A stretch of 64,000 nucleotides of DNA, taken from NCBI RefSeq assembly GCF_964355755.1, contig NC_092678.1:19671365-19735364 (forward strand). The letters are read 5' to 3'. Positions 54,207-64,000 of the stretch are shown in pieces. The first letter of the stretch is position 1. Each line of letters opens with the position of its first letter. The DNA is from Antedon mediterranea. Its lineage: Eukaryota > Animalia > Echinodermata. The notes under the pieces are model-generated. The model was given only the letters and a program-made list of their open reading frames with translations. It was not told where the DNA came from and searched no databases. The translations under genes and the position numbers were made by a program.

Positions 54207-57200
54207 TTAGCCTCGGGGATGTACGACTGTTTGATAGGGCCTAGGAAAGTGAGTAAGTTGGCACGTTCCTGTGATTGCTACGTTCCCCGTCTCTCCTGGG
54301 GCTTTCTCGAACTTATAATTCTGAATTAACCACGAAAAGATGAGAAAGATCTCGGCCTTAGCTAATGCTTCTCCAACACACCCTCTTCGACCGGTGGAAA
54401 ACGGCAGAAAACTCGGAAGACGTTGCTTAATAGTTCTTGTCGAATCCAAGAATCGCTCTAAGAAAAAGAAAATATATTAACAATACAAAATATACAAATA
54501 AATGTTGATTTGAATGGAAAGAATATTTTAAACGATTCCATTCAATTAAATTTCATTCGAATCAAGATTATTTTCATATGACTTTCTCATTAACTATTTG
54601 TATTTAATAGATCAGGGTTGGTATTTATCAATATTAATTTGCTTATATTGTTGCTTAAGATGAAATATTTAAGAAGTGCTTAAGCATATAGCAATGTCTT
54701 AGCATAAAAATTGTCTTAGGCAAATATCGAGGGATTCTTAAGCTCTGCCTTCACTATCAAACGTTATGTGACCTAAAAATGTGATGTGCCGAAATAGGTT
54801 AGTGATATGATATCGTGTAGGATATGGACTATCACACCTTATATTTTAAGATATACTTGTTGTCAAACTAGTTTGATAGCCTAAACAAGGCTTTAGAGAG
54901 GCCGTGTCATAATTATTCTACTGCAGTAACTGCAGTATACTACAATATATTTACTCTTTGAGTAATCATTATATGATATAACAATTGCTAATATTTTGAA
55001 TATTAATTACCTTTGTACATAACAAATATAAAGCAAAAACAAAATAATAACAAAAATAACTTTGTATTATTACGATGTCATATCATTGCCATGGGCATAT
55101 CACTACCATATTTGGGCACATCACACTTTTTTGTCACGTAAAGTTTGATAGCGTGTAGACAACGCTTTAGAATAAGACAAGGTCTTGCCCAGCTACCGTG
55201 CCTTGCCTACTTTTTTATGAGATCTAGTGCACAATCGATATCAATATACCTATAATTGTTACCTGGTTTGAACTTTTCTGGAGAAACCCAGTATTTTGAG
55301 TCATTGTGAAGTGCCCAATGATTTATGAATACTATCGTGCCTACAGGTACATTGTAATTGCCTGAAAGAAAAAGGTACGCATTAAGCCGAATTCACACTA
55401 GGCGCATATTAATTGTTCGCGCGAATCGACAGCATCCGCTTATACGCATGCGCTTTTGATTCGCGCAAACAAATTCGCATAGTGGAAAATCGTTTTTAAG
55501 GGTCTTTGAAACGTCAGGGTTCCGGTTCGGCCCCAGCAGCAAACCAAAAACGTTCTATGTGTACGCTAAATTCCCTCTTATTCAGTATAAGATAACTACA
55601 AAAGCCTAATCCTGCCACATTATGAATATGAATAACTAAAAACACCGGACGAGGACGAGAGCTTGTTTAGTTCTTACCGATTGTGGAGTCTTCAATAGCA
55701 CGATGAGGTAAGCCTAAAGGTGAAGCCGTTCCGTATCTCATAATCTCCATGATCACAGCCTCCGTGTATGGTAACTTCCCACGATCGCTTAGTCTTGGCG
55801 GTCTGTCTCCAATGACGTCGTCAAGTTCCTTCTTTATTTTCTCCTGTACATCCGGGTTGTCCATCATGCATGCAACAGCCCAAAGTAATGATGCTGTTGA
55901 TGTGTCTGTACCAGCTTAAAAAAATGTGATTAAAATAAATAATTAATTTTAATCAGGGAAGAAATAAATTGAAATTTTTTTTCTAAACTGTAAATATCGG
56001 TAAACGATGCACGACGCCAAAAAACTGCAGTTAAAATATTCCCATTTTGAAAACTTATGTTTATATACCCAAGACTTTGTAAATTGTAGATCATATGCAG
56101 TTAATAAATGAGTATTATGATGATGTGTTCACGGAAACCAAACGTTTATGATGGGCGTTTATTCCAATCAGAGCGTTTTAACATATTTATTTATGTACAA
56201 AAATAGAGGAACATACCAAAGAAGAGATCTGATACAATATGTTTGATATGCACGTCGGTTAATTTACTGGCAGAACTATCTGTCTCCAGTTCATCTTTCT
56301 GAGTTTTTAATAGAAGCTCAATTACGTCATTTGCAGGTTCATCTAAAATTAATAATGAACATGGCTGTAAGAAATATTATACTGTACCCCTTTTACACCG
56401 CCAGTAAAAATAGAAGATGTGAACAAAAATTGGGTTTCCTGAAAGATCTAATCTTAAAGGCAAAAAGATAGACGCTATCGATCGCATGGTAAAATGACTA
56501 TTTATAAATAAAATTAAAAACAAAACTAGACCAATGGTCGTCCAATTGTCGGGGCTAATACAAGCTAATATCGTTGTGGTTTGTAAGGCCTTGTCTACAC
56601 TATCAAACTTTATGTGACAAAACAATTGCGATGGACATCATGATGTCATACCACTACCGTATTTGAGAATATCACTACTATATTTGGGCATATCACACTT
56701 TTTTGATAGTGTAGACAGAGCTTATTATGGTGGTCTAGATAATATCAATACCTGGGGAGTATGTTCTCAAATGCTGATTCACTTCTGTCAAAATTATAGC
56801 AAAATATTCCAGAGTTAATTTTCGAAATAGGCCTAAGTTCATTGATGTACTTGGTAAAAATCTAGCGGCTGGAATAAAGTCTAATATAGAACAGTTACCA
56901 ATGGCGTCATTGATTTCGTCTATTACCTTCATTAATTTATGAAGCTGGGGATCCTTGAAGTTGTATCTAAAATTTTAAAAACACACAAATAGCAAAAGAA
57001 GACTTAAAGGTTAAAAGATGTCCTTGAACACTCGACTAATGAAGTATATCAAAATATGTAATATAGTGCGTACTATTGCACGCATGTGACCCACAATCAT
57101 CCAATCAAATGACAGGAATTTATTTAGGTGTTATATAAACACAATTATAGACTTATAGATACAGAAAATGTGAAACTTGTTATTGTTATTCAGGTCCTCA

Positions 57201-58890
57201 AGCTTAACTGGAAAGTAAGGACATTTGGATTAGGCCGCGGTGCAGCGCCTACCAGACCAACAAACCGAGAGACAATCCCTACTCTTTAATCGTATCTATC
57301 AATATGAGATAGATATAATTTGAAGATGTGTGGACACAGATATTATCTTAGCTTACTCATGTCCAAAGCACATAGACGCGATAATGTTGTAGACTGCCAA
57401 TTTGATCACTTCCTTTGGATCAAATGGTGTGCCAGCTTTTTCTGAAAGAACATCTCCGACTTTCGGTATTACTTTTTCTACCAAACTCTCCAAACCGTCA
57501 GTACAAAATTTTCTGTAAGCCAAAAAAAAAACGTGATCAATGAACTAAAACTGAGCTACATCTAAATATTCAACCAATAAATTTAACATATCTTTTATCC
57601 TATTTTTTCCCCGATAAATAATTAAACATTATTACGTACTTACCTGATAGCTAAATGTGCTAACTTTCGGTGGAATTTCCATGTTGGTGTAGGTTGAGCA
57701 AAAACTATGTCTTTTCCGTGATCAGAAGACAAGTCAACTATAATGAAGATACATTTGGTCAGATGTTTGGTAACCTAAACTGACGCAATATTGTACTATA
57801 TACTACTAGCAAGTGTTCGCATTGTACTTAAAGTACAAATTACGTTAGTTACTAGGGAAAACATCTGGCAATTACTCAACAAAGCTCAACTCAACATTAG
57901 CTAATGATCTTCCTGAACGTACATGATATTAAGTTATTTAAATTAAGTGTAGCCCTATCTTTATAATAATGTGCAAGTTCCACACTTTCAGCCTTCGGGC
58001 AGCTTGTTGTCCATGTTTTATAGAATAAATATAAAATCAATAAATGATTTTAACACATCTAAAACATCACGAGAATGGATTCGCTTTAGCCTATAACACT
58101 TTGACTGCCAAACACGAAGATCTTCGTGTTTGGAAACACAACGCTTAACTGCCAAACACGGAGATCTCCTTGAGTAAAAGGTCTTTTTTATAATTAGGCC
58201 TACGATAGATATACATAAAACATAACTAATTACAGGCTATTTGAAACAAATCGGCCTAAGACTGGACGATTGGAAACAACTTACAAGTATATGAAGGATG
58301 TCGTCCACTAAATTCATTAAATTTGGTCAGTAAAGCTTCTTGCGTAAGGTCGTGGTTGTTGATAACGACTCCCCAATACCATCCAAATTTTACTGAAAAA
58401 ATTGGTCCGTACTTGAAAGTCATGTCCTTAAAGGTATTCCATAGCTTTTTCTTTTCTAACAATACTGTATAACAAAAAAAAATATTTCGGCAAGATTATA
58501 CAGTACATCAACATGACCACATAATATACAATTTTTAAACGGAAAATAGGGGGAAACAAAGTATATATTCCTTAATAGTAACCAACAAGCTTGAAAAACT
58601 TTTTCAATAACCAAAACAAATGTGGTGTGTCCTAGTATGGTAGTGATCATATCCAAATATGGTAGTGATGTGACATCATGTCTATATAATGGGCACATCA
58701 AATTCATTGTCACATAAAGTTTGTAGTGTAGGCTTGATATTTAAGGCTTACTTGGAACATTCCCTATGATAGGGTAAGGCGTTGGACCAGGCGGCATTCC
58801 AGATGGACGGCGAATGTTGAAATACATCCACGTAAACAACAGGACGATCAGCACTACGACTAGAGACATCGTACTTGTACACTCCAACAT
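54207..58890 (-). CDS. Cytochrome P450, clan 2 (CYP17A1-like), copy 1, 9 coding exons, 498 aa
   Basis: Exons 58890-58752, 58464-58285, 57737-57644, 57512-57357, 56966-56752, 56342-56217, 55914-55678, 55361-55263, 54457-54207 join in frame (1497 nt). N-terminal TM anchor, [12 protein letters not shown] hinge, WKFHR C-helix, AGTDT I-helix, EIMR K-helix, PERF, heme motif [10 protein letters not shown]. Confidence 0.95.
56586..56723. mobile_element. PIF/Harbinger-like MITE family A (TIR AGCTCTGTCTACACTATCAAAC), representative copy
   Basis: ~130-150 bp palindromic element with internal TGTGATGTGCCC...GGGCACATCACA. Other copies at ~9143-9270, 18822-18975, 19597-19764, 28158-28288, 42152-42281, 44152-44273, 44831-44937, 54739-54893, 55072-55168, 58584-58733, 61195-61290, 61396-61489, 63396-63532. 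Confidence 0.82.
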
Positions 58891-60029
58891 CTTAAGAAAA
58901 ACAAATTAAAAAAATAATATTTACAATTACTTTTGACTGCATTAAAGTCATTATGTACGATAACGATTGGACAGTTTTTTTATACATTCATTACAAGCAG
59001 ACGAAAAATGTGTACTGTATAACATTTTACAATTTCAACAATGATAGTATAACTACTGAAAACATCAATAAATTTAATAATAATGCACAATCACGTTCTG
59101 ATATTATTATTATTATTATATGAATTAGAATTTCGTTTCAGAGCTTCTTGAATTGAACTACAATTTAATGTAGTGTAGTAGGCCTACAGAACCCTTGTAA
59201 TCTGAGTGATCCGTAAGTAAGAGAATATGCATCCATTTTAATACAAAAACAGTCAGTGACCCATATGCACTTATACATACTCTGCCTTTTATCGTTAAGA
59301 TAAATCTATAAACTATGGAATCTATAATGTTATGGTTTGTAGATACTGTACTACATGGAAAAGTTAATGGTTACCTTGTAACATCAAAGTAGACCTAGTC
59401 ACTGTACCAGTTAGGCGTTCAGCATCTCTCAGCTCGTTCCCAGTTTTAACTGTTATTACGTATGCATGTTGACTTTGAATATGGCAATGTTCCAAATAAT
59501 AACCTTATACAAACACAATAATGTCGTTGCCACGTAGTTGACTGACCTAGTTAATAATCATGTAGGTTAAGAGTTAGGCTATTGTCTACGATACTGAGCG
59601 GTAAATGTCAAAAACACATTGCTGTTTTCGAATTCAAAATCTATAGCTATAATAATCAATATAAAAATATATAATAAAAATATTATTTTAGATCTAGCGA
59701 TCTCGTAGGCCCTAAGAAACCTAGGCCTAGTCTATAGGTCTATCGTATTGTATATCAACCATGGTGGAGTTGTCATGGTCCTGGAGACATACAGTTAGGC
59801 TCAGATTCATATTTTATTTTTATATTATATTTCAACTATTGTAGGTGCCATTTCCTGGCATCTAGCAGCTGATTATGTGAGTTTCTGTAGGCTACATTAG
59901 ATTACATGAAATGTTATAATAAAAACAGTATTCCCAGTTTAGTTATTATTAAATGTTATATTTTATTAATACAATAAAGGTCATTTATCTGAGAACACGG
60001 GAGATTTTATTATGTTTTTATACTATTAT

Positions 60030-60090
60030 ATGAGAGAAAGGAAAAACGAAACAGTTGGAGATACTGTAGTTATATTAACAATCAATATGT
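60030..60090 (+). pseudogene. Degenerate fragment of the 3' end of the HhH-CaaX gene carried by the P450 duplication
   Basis: ATGAGAGAAAGGAAAAACG (60030-60048) is identical to 53852-53870; ATATTAACAATCAATATGT (60072-60090) matches 53918-53936 at 18/19. Confidence 0.7.
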
Positions 60091-60411
60091 CGACGCTACA
60101 AATCACTATGTCGGTCGGTTGATCGGTCGGTCGGTTGGTTGGTAAACACTAACTTGAGCACGTGACTGCAGCCATGTATATGGCCATGTTTCAATTGGTT
60201 TGTAGAAGATCTTCCTGAAATGTAATGTATATTTTGCATTAAATTTGCATAAATTAACATAACAAAAATGATTCATCTGTTTTCTCCTTACAGCCAACTT
60301 CTAATATCCTATCTGCTTCATTACATTGTACACGTGTTACTGGCAATGTGTTTTTAGTCGATAGTGGTTTAGCACTTTATTCGCGGTATACGCTGTTAGC
60401 TTATTGCCTTT

Positions 60412-60528
60412 TCAGTCGTGTGCAACGCAACTCTACAGCTCACTATGTCGGTCGGTCGGTCAGTCGGTAGGTTGGTCGGTAAACACTAACTTGAGCAAGC
60501 GACTGCATCCATCATGTATATGGCCTTG
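60412..60528 (+). mobile_element. Short DINE/HINE-like repeat copy in the 3' flank of P450 copy 2
   Basis: Same family as 3731-3845; interrupts sequence homologous to 54068-54130. Confidence 0.7.
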
Positions 60529-60776
60529 TATAATAAAAAAATACTTGTGTATATTTAGCTTCAGCATATTATAAACGATAACGATTTTCTACATTAATTG
60601 TTAATAATGTTTCAATCACATTTATAAGTATAATTGTATTCAGTTCAACAAAACAAAACTAGGCTAGACCGAAAAAAAAAATAGATACTCTTATGTAAGG
60701 ACGCTATAGTATATGATGCTATCGTATATGATGCGAAATTAAATTGTTGACAGGCCTCTATATATTAACTACGAAA

Positions 60777-63700
60777 CTAGCCTCGGGGATGTACGACTGT
60801 TTGATAGGGCCTAGTAAAGTGAGTAGGTTGGGGGATCGTTCCTGTGATTGCTACGTTCCCCGTCTCTCCAGGAGCTTTCTCGAACTTAAAATTCTGAATT
60901 AACCACGAAAAGATGAGGAAGATCTCAGCCTTAGCTAATGCTTCTCCAACACACCCTCTACGACCGGTGGAAAACGGCAAAAAACTCGGAAGACGTTGCT
61001 TAATAGTTTTTGTTGAATCCAAGAATCGCTCTAAAAAAAAGAAAATGTACTATGCTTGCAATACACAATATACAAATGAATGTTGATTTGAAAAGAAGGA
61101 ATTTAAAAAATGTTGTTTGAGTCCAGATTATTTTCATATGATTTCCTCATTGAATAATTGTACTCGATAGATCAGGGATAGATCATGGGATTCTTAAGCT
61201 CTGTCTACTATTGTCTACAAACGTTATGTGACCAAAAAAATGTGAAGTGCCGAACAAGGGTAGTAATATGATATCATCGTGTAAGATATGGAAAAATCAA
61301 ATTTGTTTTTCATATAATTCTTACCTTTAGTAACAAACAAAGCAAAAATAATAATAATAATAATAATAATAAAAATAACGTCATATGTATTATTACGATG
61401 ATGTCATATTTGCCATATTTCATTATTACCATATTTGGGCATATCACACTTTTTTTGTCACATGAAGTTTGATAGCGTAGACAGAGCTTTATAATAAGAC
61501 AAGGCCATGCCCACCTACCGTCCCTTGCCTACCTTGTTTGTTGATTATTTTTATGAGATCTAGTGCACAATCGATATCAATAGACCTATAATTATTACCT
61601 GGTTTGAACTTTTCTGGAGAAACCCAGTAATTTGAGTCATTGTGAAGTGCCCAATGATTTATGAATAATATCGTGCCTACAGGTACATTGTAGTTGCCTG
61701 AAAGAAAAAGGTACGCATTAAGTGTCTTTGAAACATGCTACGGCACAGTTCCGGTTCGTCGCCAGAAACAAACCAAATCGAACGAGAATGTTTTAATTCA
61801 CCACTCTCCGCGAGGCTACGCGCCGGACCGAAAACTACACCACGTGTCGAAATTTCGACATAGCAAAACAAAAATAAAAACAAAAAATATAACAAATATG
61901 TCGAAATTTCGACATACGTATGTCAAAATTTCGACATAGTAGAAAAAAAACAAAACAAAAGAGTTGGTCTCTTAGGCCTAGATAATATAGATCTTGGGCT
62001 TAACGAAGTTACACCTAATTAATTCCCCTATTTACCCACTGGAACTTTAGGCGTTCCATACTTGGCGGCCAAAACGAACGGCGGCCGATGTGCACTGTTT
62101 TTGTTTTATTTTATTTAGCTATTTATATTCATGTGGCAGGATTAGGCTTTCATAGATAACATTCTACAGTTTTTAATTAAATATAAAGAGAGAAAATGTT
62201 TGGTACAGTAACATTCAATTTTGATTCTTCATATTATGACTACTTTTGCCTATTTACTACATTTTTTGTCATCCTTTTAATTACGACGTTTTATTTTGTA
62301 TTTTTTAACGTATTTATTGTATACTAAAGTGATTTGTCCAGGATGTATAACATCAATGTGACCTAATAGATGGATACAGCTACATAGCTCACTATGTCGG
62401 TCGGTTGGCTGGTCGGTCAGTCGGTTGATCGGTAAACACTAACTCAATTTGAGCACGCGACCGCAGCCATGTATATGGCCTTGTTATCCATGATCTTAGG
62501 TAGAGGAACGCACGAACACGGGACGACGAAAACGATAGCTTGTTTAGTTCTTACCGATTGTGGAGTCTTCAATAGCACGATGAGGTACACCTAAAGGTGA
62601 AACGGTTCCAAATCTCATAGTTTCCATGATCACAGCCTCCGTATATGGCAACTTCCCACGATCGCTTAGTCTTGGCGGCCTGTCTCCAATGACGTCATTA
62701 AGTTCTTTTTTTATCTTCTCCTGTACATCCGGGTGGTCCATCATGCATGCCACAGCCCAAAGTAACGATGCTGTCGATGTGTCTGTACCAGCTATAAGAA
62801 ATGTGATTAAAATAAAATAATTAATTTTAAGTGTAATATTACGTAATTTGATTTTTGAACCTGATATTTAATATTTTTTTACAATTTCTAAATATAACTA
62901 TGCACGCCAAAACAAGATCATTATGCAGTTAATAAATGTGTATTATGATGTGGCGGGGCGTTTATTGAAGAAAAAACAAACGGTTATGGGCGTTTATTCA
63001 AATCGGGGAGTTTAACATATTTATTTATATAAAAAAATAAAGGAACATACCAAAGAAGAGATCTGATACAATCTGTTTGATATGCACGTCGGTTAATTTA
63101 CTGGCAGCGCTATCTGTTACTGTCTCTAGTTCATCTTTCTGAGTTTTTAATAGAAGCTCAATCACGTCATTTGCAGGTTCATCTAAAATTAAGCATTAAC
63201 ATAATTGTATTAGAAGTATTGGTAGATGTGAACAGAAATTGGGTTTCCTTAAAGATCTAATCTTAAAGGCAAAAAGATAGACGCTATCTATCGCATGGTA
63301 AAATGACTATTTATAAATAAAATAAAAAACCAAACTAGACTAATGGTCGTCCAATTGTCAGAACTAATACAAGCTAATATCGTTGTGGTTTGTAAGGCCT
63401 TGTCTACACTATCAAACTTTATGTGACAAAACAATTTTGATGGACATGATGATGTCATACCACTACCGTATTTGAAAATATCACTACTATATTTGGGCAC
63501 ATCACACATTTTTGATAGTGTAGACAGAGCTTATTATGTGGTTTAGATAATATCAATACCTGGGGAGTATGTTCTCAAATGCTGATTCACTTCTGTCAAA
63601 ATTATAGCAAAGTATTCCAATGATAATTTTCGAAATAGGCCTATATTCGCTGCTGTACTTGGTAAAAATCGAGCGGCTGGAATCAAGTCTACTATAGAAC

Positions 63701-64000
63701 AGTTACCAATAGCGTTATTGATTTCGTCTATTACCTTCATTAACTGATGAAGCTGGGGATCCTTAAAGTTGTATCTAAAATATAAAAAAAAAACACAAAT
63801 AGAAAAAAAATATTAATTTGTAACATACATTCAGGTTAAAAGATGCCTTTGAACACCCGACTAATGAAGTATTCTGGTCATAATGCTCATATAAAATATG
63901 TAATAAGATTGATATAATTTGAAGATGTGTGGACACAGATATTAAATTAACCTACTCATGTCCAAAGCACATAGACGCGATAATATTGTAGACTGCCAAT
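60777..64000 (-). CDS. Cytochrome P450, clan 2 (CYP17A1-like), copy 2, 5' part outside the window
   Basis: Exons (64000)-63956, 63774-63560, 63182-63051, 62791-62555, 61697-61599, 61030-60777, with the same intron positions and phases as copy 1. AGTDT, ETMR, PERF and [10 protein letters not shown] intact; only in-frame indels (+6 nt, +3 nt). Confidence 0.93.

Noticed and set aside
54207-58890. Assigning the symbol CYP17A1
   Set aside because: Motifs support clan 2 only; orthology needs a phylogeny.

Overview
AT-rich animal genomic DNA with spliceosomal GT-AG introns. The Deu-domain-like SINEs and the repeat content suggest a marine invertebrate, probably a deuterostome; this is inference. 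Five protein-coding loci can be assembled by hand. (1) A complete 8-exon metabotropic glutamate receptor (+, 1172-30569, 882 aa). (2) A complete 4-exon RSBN1/KDM9-like demethylase (-, 46303-51051, 698 aa). (3) Head-to-head with it, a 2-exon gene I cannot name (+, 52216-53964, 465 aa). It combines an N-terminal ComEA-type helix-hairpin-helix DNA-binding domain, a PP1-docking-like motif, an SV40-like NLS and a C-terminal CaaX box (CVLM), and is the most interesting item here. (4, 5) Two tandem clan-2 (CYP17A1-like) cytochrome P450 genes on the minus strand, one complete (498 aa) and one running off the window. Introns and intergenic DNA are full of non-autonomous elements (TA-, TTAA- and 10-bp-TSD MITE/foldback elements, Harbinger-like MITEs, Helentron/DINE-like elements, tRNA-derived SINEs), a 1.4 kb G-rich minisatellite and several tandem repeats.
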